Shown here: positions 51,971-64,000 of the stretch, one piece after another
How positions within the stretch are numbered: the stretch's first letter is position 1
How the letters are laid out: every line of letters starts with the position of its first letter
From: Kudoa neothunni
Lineage: Eukaryota; Animalia; Cnidaria
Reading direction: 5' to 3'
Assembly (NCBI GenBank): GCA_964304625.1
Contig: OZ199839.1
Location: 3,524,724 to 3,588,723 of the forward strand
Length of the DNA stretch: 64,000 nt
Program-made: the position numbers and the translations under genes
Notes under the pieces: model-generated
The model's input: the letters and a program-made list of their open reading frames with translations, nothing else
What the model was told of the DNA's origin: nothing
Databases searched by the model: none

Positions 51971-54255
51971 TATTAAGCATTGAAAAATTTCTTAATAATG
52001 TTCAAAAAAGATATTAATATTTCAAATTAGCCACTAGATGCAGTCAAATTAAAATTATTTTTAAGCATTATATTTAACGACTGTGAACATGAAATCTTAA
52101 TTATGATCATTTCTGTGAAGGAATGTACCAATCTCGGCGTTCGTTTGAAAATCTCGGGGCCCCACATTAACTCTAAGTAATTTATGTTCAGTGTCATATT
52201 CTTTTGCATTACCCAATTATGTAAATCCCGTTAAAATGTTATCTAAAACGTTATTTTTGGTCCGGCTCAGAAAGTTTTTGAATTTTTTTGAGGATGGTAA
52301 AAAAGGATAATGAGATAAGAAAGTATACGAAAATTGATTCTTATTACTCAAATTAATATCTCTTGGCCCGGCATAAACTTTAGTGCGTTCTTTCTCAAAA
52401 ACACGTAAAAATCGTGTCCTTATCGACAAAAATAATTTGAATAATCAGGTAAAGTAAAAGCACAACTATCTGCATTGAATTTAATCACTGAAAATTCAAC
52501 ATAGCGGACGTTTTCAATGAAATCTAAGGACACAGTACTTGCATTATAATGCTTCGATCTATCTGATCATAGATAAAGGATGAAATAAGTAAAAATACAG
52601 TTTTTGACATCTAAAAGAATAACACCAAATAAAGATTTTTTCTAATAATTTTATGAAAGGGTTTAATTTGGTTTTAACCAAACATCTGGGAGCAGGAAAT
52701 TCTAGCTTCGTGATTTTAATACGCTTTAAAAACTTTAAATAAATAAATCTATACCTCTTCAGACAAAATCCGTTCCGTTCAAAAAACCAACCTAATGTAA
52801 ATATAAAATTGGTTTAATCGGTGAAAAATGTTTTTAGCCTGAAAATGTACAGTAATGTTTAACGGTCAATTGGTTTTCTCAAAGAATGACTCTTGTTTAA
52901 AGATAAACACACCATTCTATTATTTCGGAACAATTTTTTTATTTATCTGTTCTCAAATTGATTGAAACCTTATAATAATATTGGTTTGATGGAATAAACC
53001 ATTAGTTTCTTATTTACCGACAGACTAACGCTTAACGGAAAAAGAGTGCCATTTTAAAGGTAATAGTTGATCCAGATCCCAAAATTATTTGTGGGCTCAA
53101 TAAATCATATTTCTATACAATTCTCAAATAATAATGAATCAATTTTGGTCTAATAAATACCAAATATTTATTTCATTAATAACTTTCAAGGCAGAAGTTA
53201 GCAAATAATTAGGTGTTTGTATGCTTAAATTTTACTTACAAAATTATTTACTATAGTTTCAAAAATCATTACGATGGCTTTATCAGTTTAATGTAGGAAA
53301 ACTTTGGTCATCTTGAAAATGGATAAAACATGTTAAAAAAATAAATATAATTTCAATTTTATGAAATTAACAAGATAAATATAAAATTGGAACATTACTG
53401 GAATTTCAGTAGAATATGATTGTTTTTTAAACGTTTTTCATATAAGTTAAACTATTTAAAAACTATACGCACATCGTAAATCTTTTATAATGCGTATAAG
53501 CCTATCACGTCATTTCTTTATGTCAACTACGTGAAATCTCAAATTATGTGTTTTAACTGAAATAATGATAATCTTCCCGCCTAAAAATATTTTTTTAAAT
53601 AAAGCGAATAAATATATTGATAAATCAATAAAACTCCACAAATTTTTAAGGGCTTCGCAACATCAAACTCTCTAGTAAATATCGCGCCAGTGGTTTCATG
53701 TGCGGTAACATTGCTCTTAACGACATACTTATCAATTTTAAAACATTCAATACCTTAATTAACAGCCTTTCATTGTATATTCATATAGCAGGAATGTATT
53801 TAATTGATCTTCATCTTGACATAAATCATAAGCAGATAATATTCAATCTACTTTTTATGTAAAACATCAGAAAAACTCCTTAATTCTGACGAAAATATTG
53901 ATACTCGAGCAATAATCTTAAATAAATAGACGATTTTTTGTAACGATATTATCTTATCAAATTTATAACAAAAGCTGCATACAAAATTAAGTAAAATATG
54001 TCATATGAGATAAGAGAAATTTCATATCTTCACAAAGGCTGAAAATCCTAAGCCATACGTCATAGCCATATACCCATATATGCATAGGCACTTTTTCATT
54101 TCGTAAATTCTATCTGATAACTTTATTAAAATGTTTATCTTTGACATTACCTTGGTTACCTGAGAATTTCAATATCTATCCTGGAGAAGTTAATGAACTC
54201 TTTGGCGTCAAACAATGTGATCCACTTGATAATCCACAAATAAATCTTTTTAATC

Positions 54256-56300
54256 TTATTCGCCGACCACACGAATACATAAAATGAGCTGTATTTCAGT
54301 TAATAATAATGCGGATGTATTTAAATTGATTAAATTTTTAGAGAACGGCGTTAACGTCAGATGTATGTAGTCAAAAGTTTCAACACATGCCCCTGTAAGA
54401 AAATAGATTTTTCCGCTCATGCGTACTTCCCGTGTTACATACACGGACATTTCTCTTTTATATATACAGTTGTGCAGGGATACTACGCATTTTTTGGGAA
54501 AAATTCGGTGCGTCCGTGACTACTTTTTCTGCTATTTTTATTTATTCTCTCGTTACACTAAAAATAACTTTAATAGAGGTGCGAAAAATTTGCCAAATTT
54601 TTTTTATTGTTCACAGAGTATTTTGAAAATAATAAGATAGTTTAAGACAGAATTATTTTTTCAACAAGAAATTTGTTATTTCTCTAGTTTTAGACGAAGT
54701 TTATTTTATTTTGCAAAAGGAAAAATTAAACTTTGTAATGTGCTCCAGCATTTCGCCGTGATTGATCTTGAATAATTTCTTTATTTCTTTTAGACTTTCT
54801 ATATAATATGTTCATTTTTAGACTAATTCTCGAAGTAAACTCATGGAACTGTCCTCGACCGACAGTTAGTTATAGGAGTGTTGTCTTTCATATCGTCCTT
54901 TATGCCATTGGCTAATTTATTTTCCTATTATAATTTACTCTCTGGGCAGCTTCATATTCTTCGTTCTTGAAAGTTCAATCCATTCATTCTTATGTCGAGT
55001 AGTTTGAATTTTTGTTTATAAGAGTTTTGCGATAAAATTTTGAATCTCTTTAAATAAAGTCTGTAGATATTTTCGATTTTATTGATACAATTGTATTCAA
55101 CGTGGTGACTGATTTAATGTCGGAGCGCCTAACGATGTTCGCTTTAGAGTCCCTCTTAGTTCCTAATTTTTCTAATTATTTAATAATCTACACATTTTCT
55201 TCAAGTATGCGATAAGCATTCCTTTTTTCCTACTGCGTGCTAACCATGCCAATGTAATCAAACAGTAGGTTTCGGGTGCGCAATAAGCATGTACTCCTAT
55301 TTTTCCCAACGTAAAAATTATTTCTTAATTCTATATCGATATATTTTACTGTTTTCTCACGATTTATATCTTTAGTAAATTAGTATATATTAAATTTTCG
55401 ACACTATTCCTAAATGTGCGTAATAACTCTACGCCACTGTATATATGATTTTCATGTAAATTCTTTCCAATTGTTGGATGTACAAAGTTAAAATCAACTC
55501 ATTCAAGGAATCACACCTTAACATATTATCCTCTTCGAATATACGTTTATATAGACAGATACGATCGACCAATTTTAAATTCAATATATAGAACCCACCA
55601 TAGGTCATATTCAGCTAAATTAGTTGAATTCATAGGCATGTACTGCTTAAATGAGCATTTTCCTTTTAAAATTAAGACTGCTTATCAACAGTAATGTCTT
55701 CACTAGAATACAAACACACTCAAGATTTCAACTCACATGTGTAAATACGTTAAGACTTATACAAAACTAGTCTACTTCCATCCTTTCAGATCCGCAATTT
55801 GATCACCAAAATATAGGTACCTTAATATTTGCTAAAAACACTTGAGGAGGAAGAATACACATATTTTTTTACCGCCGGCCGAACTAAATTATTCTAGCAT
55901 AGGCTCTTCTCAGTCCTTAAGTACAAAAGTTAAAATTAGGGTTCCAAAAAATTTCCTCACTCCAACATCATCCATGTTGGTCCGAGATTTGTGAAAAATG
56001 TCCTTTCCGAATTATATTAGCGTGCATTATTATCAACTGACAAACAGAGACATCAACAAATATATTGAAACTATCCAAAATGTATTCTGGGCTTTCTACA
56101 AGCAAAAAGCTATTGGGCTAGGATTACATTTGATGATATTCTAAACTGAATTTCTTGAAGATGATGGCTTACTAAGTTATAAAATCATTCCGCTATTGTT
56201 GTTTGTAGAATTTATTGATAACAACTTAGCTCCTGGTATTTGATTCGAACATTTAGATACATCTAAAGTTGATTCATCAAAATCGCTACCGAGAGAATGG
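54256..56300 (-). pseudogene. decayed piggyBac transposase interrupted by a Tc1-like element
   Basis: 55630-55705 reads SEDITVDKQ..KGKCSFKQYMP; about 54370-54400 reads TGACVETFD (compare KGGVDTFD). Outer boundaries are approximate. Confidence 0.6.
54467..55439. mobile_element. Tc1/mariner-superfamily deletion derivative
   Basis: TA|CAGTTGTGCAGGGATACTACGCA ... TGCGTAATAACTCTACGCCACTG|TA. Confidence 0.65.
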
Positions 56301-56501
56301 AATTTGCCACTGAAATAGTAAGGACGGCTCCTCGTTATCAAATACACCAGTTATTAATAAAAAGGGAACATGTACTGAGTGAAATACTTAAAATGCTTCA
56401 AAAATTTCACTTTACTAATTAAAATTGTTACTCTAAAATAATAAAAATTATTTTTAAATTAACTAATTTTCGTAGTTTATAAGCTATGATACTAATAAAT
56501 A

Positions 56502-56575
56502 ACAACGGCATTGCAGATTGCAATGCCGTTGTAACTACAGATTACGGGGCTTCGGACGGAATCTTCCCGTACTAG
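56502..56575. repeat. perfect 14-bp hairpin plus second stem ending in CTAG
   Basis: ACAACGGCATTGCA-gat-TGCAATGCCGTTGT, then TACGGG..CCCGTA CTAG. Confidence 0.7.
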
Positions 56576-57452
56576 ATTATCAAGGATTAGTTCGTACAGT
56601 GATCAACGATTTCGTCGATATTGCGTCGATAGAATTAACTTAATACTTCATATATCACATTTTAATAATTTTTAAAAAGTTTCAACATTAATTTTCCGGA
56701 AATATTCGAAATCTGCCAAATAGCTTAAAATGGGTAGTAACCAGGAAAAAATTGATAATTTTCTTGTTGAACCGATCGACATAAAGAAAGTGGAAAATGA
56801 AATTATCTCTAAAACAAAATAGAATTCACCAGCATATAAAGTCAAAGAACATGTTTCTTTAAAAATGCGTTTCAAAACCGTTCTCTTCCAGTTATTTTTT
56901 AAGAGATAGAAAAATGGCTGCATCGAGAAAAATTGGGATTCTGTTATTGTTCTCGTCGTTATTCTGCTACCGCTATTTGATAAGGGAGATTTTTGTGGCA
57001 ATCCTGTTTAAAAAAATTAAAGGGTTCAACCTGTGCGCACGCGCCAATGAAACGACCAAAATAAACGTCGATTTTAGTCGTCAAGTACTTTAAAAATAAA
57101 CGTTGATCCCTAATTACAACTTTTGAATTGTAGCATATTATATTGTTCGAGTTATTGATTCCTGACGTGTACGTATATGTATATACTGATAAATTTAGTT
57201 GTTTTCTTCAAACACACAATAAAACTTTCCTGTTATTTTTATTTAATTTTTTTAAGTCAGGATAGTTGTATTATAATTTTCAAATACATCCGATGGCGTG
57301 AAGTTCATATAGTAGGACGAATCGTTGGTTCTTCCTTACTTCTACGTAGCCCACTTTATCAGATTAACGTAAATCGTGATAGTATCAAAATTTTAAGTTA
57401 ACCAATTAAATCAGGGAAATTATCACAGGCTCACGTTTAAGCAGAATACATC

Positions 57453-59502
57453 ATGGCTAAGCGGCCTCAGTTACTCATATGCGTGCACAATTGGTATCAT
57501 ACAGTAAGGTGGTTTGGTGCGGATTAATTTTTTAATTGAGGATTCCCGGAAAGACTGATATAATAGATTAATTATTGAAGAGAACATAAAGCTAGATAAA
57601 ATTAAGACGAAATAATTATGCCAAATTTGAATTAACATCAGCAACGATGTGGTTGGCGTTTATTGTTTTTGTACCTTCGTTAGTAGGTACAACTTCGTCA
57701 AACACTAAAAATAATTGTATTGGTAATAAGAAATAGATGAAAAGGTGTGTAACTGGAAGAAATTTTTTTAGGGTTGGATCCCACTTTAGACCATACATTC
57801 GTTCATAAGGATTTGTATAATAATGAACTTTGTGTTGTGGTTAAAAGTTATCCGCTCAATCAGTGGAAATATGGGTTTTCTTCATTATCACTTCATATCC
57901 ATTCATTAAATGACAACAAATACACTCATTACAGCGGGGAATGCCGGTAATTTTGAATTGTTCTTTTTTCCTCATACATTTTCCTACTATGTTTTCAGAG
58001 CTCAATCAAAATCGATGCTTAAAGCTTTCTTTGGAGTTTTATTTAACTCGTTGTGGTGGAAAAATGATTCCACTAATAGTTCTGTGCATCATTTGAATCC
58101 ATATCAACCGAGCAACAAGCTCAAATGTGTATATCTTACATTCGATCATTACTCGATTGATGTCAGTATCACACAAAAGCTTGAATGTATTTTTTTACCA
58201 TTAATAAACAATAACTTATTGTTTACAATTTGAAAACTAGATATTTCTATGTATTATGCAATTGGATTGGTTGTAGGATACGTGCTGGTTAAATATGCTC
58301 CTTTTTTGGCGCAGTAAACCTAATGATTGTTTATTTACAATCAAATTTTGTAGGAAAAAACTATTTGGCTATGTTTTTGGTGTGCTGGTGGGATTTTTCT
58401 TTAGTTCTGTGATTTTGTCGTATGTGGTGTATTCATTTTTCCGAAAAATGTGATATATTCTTATACTTTAAAATTCTAAACTCATTCTACCACATAGCAA
58501 TTACTTTCACTGATAGCGAGTGGAACATTCCTTATTTCATCTGGAATGGGTCTATCGTTGTTAGTTAAATATTTGTATTTCTCATTTCAAACATATCCAC
58601 AAATGGTTGCCATCTATGCTGGTTTAACTAGTATATTTTATCACTGTTGGTGCTCTCTGTTTAATCATTTGATTTGTAGGTATGGTGTCACTTGCCGTGG
58701 TTTATTATTATGAGCCGTTTGAGAATAAAAAAATTCGAAATATGTTACAATGGTTGATTCAGTTGGTTGGTGTTGTGGTTCTCTATTATAGCTCCAATCT
58801 ATGGAAACTTTCATTATTGGTTATTATGTGTGTGGTGGTCAACGTTACTTCTCTATATTCGAAAACAAAAGAGTGATTTAGTTGGTTGGCAGAATGAAAG
58901 TTTCTAACGCTTGAAATACAGTTCTGTAGGCTATAGTGTGTCTGCTATAAACACCTGCTACCAATGGATTCGTAAAAGATTACTATATATGAAATCCACT
59001 GGACTAAACGCAAGAAGATACATACCATGCTTGTTCCAAAATCGATTGTTTCCACAACAGAGATCAAAAAAATTTCTAACAATGGATGAATATGACGCAC
59101 AGGGTGCATTTTACACCAAGAAAGCATTGGACGATCTACGATTAACCATTCTCAATCACCCTAATAATATTCAGTACGCGAAAATAGTTAGTCGTCCTCT
59201 AAGGTGGGGATTCTATTTTAAAATCAAAAATGTTTTTACAAAATATTTTTCCAGATACATCGAATTTGCATCCGGGGGAGACCATCTCACCGACGATGAA
59301 AGGTCAGACCATGCCTCATGGCTTCGTGATAGTCTTATGTGTGATGATGATGAAAGTCTTTCTCACATTATCTCTCGTAGTACAAATGCAAGTGTGGTTG
59401 ATGACGACGATGTTAGTTTATCGTGAGTTTAATGGTCAAATTCTATATTTATTTAAGACAAATATTTAGGTCAGGAAACGATTCTTTTTAAAATCCGATT
59501 AA
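57453..59502 (+). CDS. NEMP: nuclear envelope integral membrane protein (NEMP/TMEM194 family)
   Basis: Several TM exons; LQWLIQLVG; C-terminal FLTMDEY..QG..T.KALDDLR...PLRY.EFASG.DHLT.DE matches the NEMP1 conserved tail. The 5' exons and the final exon are uncertain. Confidence 0.85.
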
Positions 59503-59761
59503 TTAAATGTTCTTAATGAACTGTTTGGAAGCGAACCATGTTTTCCTTTAACTTCTATTTACTAGACTTTCATGTTCGTGTATATAATTGTGAGAGAGTT
59601 GTGATGCGCATCAATATTTTCTACCGATGTCCTTTTTAAGCAGAATTTATTGATTTTTTATTACCTACTTTATATTTGATAGAAAACAAAATTTATAAAC
59701 ATTTACATGTTATTGAAACTTACCTTGAATATAAGACAGGTCTTATAGTTTTTTAGTTTAA

Positions 59762-61029
59762 CCCTCCAAGTATAATTGAGGTCTTTTGGACCCCAGGTGA
59801 CATTAATTATCAATTTTTTACCACATTAACTTGTGAGAACTGTTGGCAGTCAGTCTATTCTTCTAAAATATTATGTAGTAAAATCTCACTAATTACAAAA
59901 CTTTTTCATTCCGTTGAAAAAAAGTTAGTGCAAAAACATCGCACCCTCCAAATTAAAAGTAAAAAGTAAAATTTGAGGTATTTTGGATCCCATGATTTTT
60001 CTTCATCTAATTATCCAAAATATTGATTTAAATGTTTGGGGAAACCTTGATAAAATTCTATCGAATAGATATATTTTTATTGCGTGAATAACATATCTTA
60101 ATCTGCATAGTGCATGTACCATAATTAATTTCGATATGTTCAAGTGATCTTGATAATAATTACTCTGATACCAAGTCTTCAGATTCACTTTCTTCGTTTC
60201 ATGATTATTTATCGTCAGAAACGTTTTATTTTGATACAAATATCAATTTAACTCATTAATGAACAAGAACAGAATGTTACGGTCAATGAACCCGCCATTG
60301 GCATCTAGAACATGTGTTGCAAATATTATGAATAGTCGTCCTGATGTCTCTTAGTTGTTATTACAAAATACAGTTGATACTTCCAGAATAATATTTAGTT
60401 CTGTTATATAAGCCATTATTTTAAAATATACCAGTACATGGATGGAAAAATTTTTGGTGATAGATGGATCGAATTGGATGGATTCATTAGCTGTTCAGTT
60501 CTGATGGTATATCACGGGGATAATCGAGAATCGGTTAAAGAGATATTTGGGTTAGAAGAAGGAAAGATATATCGTCATTTATTCTCATTACATAAATTTT
60601 TCCAAATAATCCGAGAACTTTTGCCAGGTTGGTGAACTACGGCATATTTAGGTGGGTTACTCACGCGTTGTTTTCGCCCTAATCAATATTTCAAACGTAT
60701 CTATGTTACCTGTTTTATGCAATAGTCTATGCCAGAATTATGATGTTTTGATCACTTTAAGCGCAAATTAAATAAAGAATTAATTTTACTAAATGAACTG
60801 AATTTTGAGTTATGTTTATAAAAATATGCGATCTCAAAAGTAATACATGCACATACGTTGTGGTTAAAATATTTCTTTATAATTCGCACGAGCGCACACA
60901 ATGTTACATGATGTCATTTATGAAATTTCTGAATATATAATTGATCAAATATTTTATCAAATAAAAACATGGGGTCTTTTGGGCCCCAATTATACTTGGA
61001 GGGTGTAAATTTTCATGTGGCTTAGAAGG
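59762..61029 (+). mobile_element. piggyBac deletion derivative related to the 45172-47403 element
   Basis: TTAA|CCCTCCAAGTATAATTG ... CAATTATACTTGGAGGG-spacer-CTTAGAAGG|TTAA; internal NIMNSRP and ELDGFI remnants of the transposase N-terminus. Confidence 0.85.
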
Positions 61030-61626
61030 TTAATAAGGGACATTAGACCTTATATTTGTATGAATAGAATTTCCTATGCATTATTTGGCTCATATAACAA
61101 AATCGAAGAAAACGCTTTTTTTACCCTCTAAGTAACTGAAAAATTTATACCCTCAAAATAAAAATGGGCTAGAAATCTACCTCACTTTTTTATCTTATAA
61201 CATTGTCTCAAATAAAACTCAGCATTTACGGACAAAATATGAGGAAAGTTCATCGAGTAGATTTTGAATAAATGACCAATTATTAAAGTTATATTCTGTC
61301 CGCATGTGCACGAATATTCATGTTGTTATGTTTCTTTGGAGTAAGATTGTATTAATAGGTGTATTTATGCGTTTTTTTAGTTTTTATGTTTAATTCAAAT
61401 TTCTTAACAGCTGCTAATTAATTTTTCTTATTTTAAACAACGCAGTGTAATGCTGCGCAGAAAAACACAAAATGATGGAAAATTGTTAAATAATTATATC
61501 ACATGTTTTTGGATGCTCTCTACAATGCAGAACTAAGCAACCTGAGTAAGAGCCATCATATGTTGAATAACTAATATAAGAATAAGGAGCTATTGTTGTA
61601 TTCAGGAGAGGATGACATGCTTATAT

Positions 61627-62180
61627 CAGGGCGTCCACTGCTGGGGTTTTTTGTGGTCACCTTGGGTTCTTGGTTTTTTTTTCATTTTTCTTTAAAATCT
61701 TGGGTTTATATTGAAAGCCTGTAAACATTGAATAATAACACATATATTATTATGTGCGACATTAATATTTATATTTTTAATAACGTATCCTACTCAGATT
61801 ATATCGTGCAGGGTTTAAACATTTACGATATTGAACGATTGCACAATTGTTCAATTAACATTGTCGCACATTATTAGAAAATTTAACGTTATTTCAAAAT
61901 ATATCTTGAATTATGAATTAATGAATTAATTACTTCATTGTGAGCATATTGATCTATACTAGACATTGAGTTTGAATGAGTGTTAGCAACAATAAATTGT
62001 AATAATACGACGATAAATTTAAATTTAATATCTGTAGACGTATTTGAAGACTCGAAAGATGATTAAAAACTTTAATAGATATGATTCTATTTTTTGTTGT
62101 ACTTTAGACTAGCGTTTTTCTCAACCTTGAGTTTTATAGACGTACATCCTTGGATTTCTTTAACCCCGCTGGCAGCCCTG
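61627..62180. mobile_element. TIR element with possible 5-bp TSD (hAT5-like?)
   Basis: CAGGGCGTCCACTGCTGGGGTT / AACCCCGCTGGCAGCCCTG; TATAT on both flanks. Confidence 0.5.
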
Positions 62181-62956
62181 TATATAGATATAGATCAATA
62201 AAGTTGCATTTAATTGTTTTTATAAATAAATTTTTTTAATCATAGAGAACAAGCAAACTTAATCAAAAAATAAATACATTATTTGTTTAACAACAATAAT
62301 AATGGATAAATTATTGTTTAGCTGTGGCTTCATCCTTTTTGAAGGACAATTATTTTAAAATAACATTTTACTGCAAATTAATAATATTAAGTGATTGCGA
62401 AATGACCCTTTATTGAAAATAAAATTTGAATGTAAATTTTATTTAAGTTAAAACTGTAAAGACTTTAAATAAACTCTATTATTTTATGATTTGAGTTTTT
62501 TATCATACAATAAATCATATATTTAAGTTTCAAAAATATATGAACTTAAAAATAATTTTTAAATTACGAGCCATTATTTTTAGCGAATGGTTACTAATTG
62601 TAAAAATATACATATATGCCTATCGCCTATGAGCGCAGATACAACAAAAATATATTATTTCGTGTGAAACATGAGGAAAAATATTTTCATGCTTCGTTGA
62701 CAATTTTATACATTGAAGTTTAAGTATTTTAATTAATTATTAAAGAAATTTTTGTTGAATTTCTATTTATACTAAAGTTGAGACAAGGACCTTCTTTTGT
62801 AAAATGTAAAATTTTGTTTTAAACACAAAAATAGACTAAGTGTTCAAAATGACAAATTTAGGGTTAAAATTCTTAATCAAGAAATTTGGTTTTTGTGATC
62901 GCAAGAAAAAAAAGTCAGCGATTTATGGAACATTTTTTACTATAAATCAAAAACTA

Positions 62957-64000
62957 TCAGTTATTGAGGCTTTTTCGTTTCCTAGTAGAACGTCGACGTG
63001 GATCGGCGTTAGTTATAGGAAAGGGAGAATTCGAGAAATTCAATTTTGAATAATCCAAGTTAACCAGATAATTTTCGGGTTCAAAATCATTATAATAAAT
63101 AAGATAGTCGGCCAAAAAGTTCACTTTGAAGACTTTATTGCTGTGAGTTGCTAGAAATTGTGCCACTTTTGGTGTCACATTGTTTTGTTGCTCGTTCTCA
63201 ATGAAAATATGAGTGACTTTTTCAGAACGGTTGGATGAAACATATCGATCAATGGGATAAAATTTTCCTCCTCCAGCTTCAGAAATCAAACGTTCAAATC
63301 CTTCTTGTTTGTTCGTTGACTCCAAATACAAAACAACATGCCAATTATAGAAAGCACCTTTACCAATCTAAAAGTACATTCAAAAATTTAGCTACTCAAT
63401 AGATAAATCTAAAAAATACATATGAGTTTGAATTTAACTTGGAATGCCAATGAGCAAATGCATCCGCAAAAATCGGATCAATGTATTCGCAATTTCGTTC
63501 GTACATAAAGAGCACATCATTCACAAAATAGCCGGCTTCTTTGGATTCCTCCAAATACGAATAATGAAGAATGGGTTTCCCGGTGGCTAGACAGCATAAC
63601 AATTTTTCATTTTTGACAATTTCATTGCCAATAATAAGATGGGTTGATTCGGCATCAAAACTACTGGTATTTAAATAAACTCCACCAAGCAACTGAATTG
63701 TTTCGCTTAGTTTTGATTTTATTTCTGACGAGAGCGAAGATATCAAAAATTTGTACATCTTTCCTTGGGTCGATTCCAAATTATTAGTGCATATGGATGG
63801 ATTATCGATAAAAGGAGGACAATCAATTGAATCATGTCCTTCATGATCGTAGGTGATAAGTATACCATCATCATCATCAACAAGATTGGTAGGAGATAAA
63901 TCCAAACAATTTTTCAACTGACTTTCCAAATTGTAGCTTTGTTCCATTTCCACTAGAATACTGCTCAAATTGGCATCCATTAAACTGATTTTATTTTCAT
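62957..64000 (-). CDS. TOPBP1: TOPBP1, C-terminal part (BRCT7-8); 5' part beyond window
   Basis: FLISSL..LLGG..FD..STHLI..KNEKLL..LATGKPILH.SYLE and GAFYNWHVVL..GFERLI..GGG match the TOPBP1 terminal BRCT pair. One intron at about 63368-63419. Confidence 0.88.

Overview
AT-rich eukaryotic (metazoan-type) genomic DNA with short GT-AG introns (mostly about 40-130 nt) and fast-evolving proteins. This would fit a reduced parasitic animal such as a myxozoan, but that is inference only. Eight spliced host genes: Rho-associated kinase (+), M17 leucyl aminopeptidase (-), an orphan type I membrane protein of about 770 aa with an FN3-like motif (-), casein kinase 1 (-), anamorsin/Dre2 (-), PP1 catalytic subunit (-), NEMP/TMEM194 (+) and the 3' end of TOPBP1 (-). 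About 20 kb between and within the genes is decayed cut-and-paste DNA transposons (piggyBac, hAT, MULE, mariner/Tc1). Many have readable TIRs and target-site duplications, and several are nested. Points of interest: many single-base homopolymer frameshifts, mostly in ROCK (probably assembly error); loss of the HRD arginine in both kinases; a PP1 tail lacking the TPPR site; a shared NRF1-like upstream motif; and the orphan surface protein. I found no clear-cut novel multi-gene system. All exon and element boundaries were read by eye.
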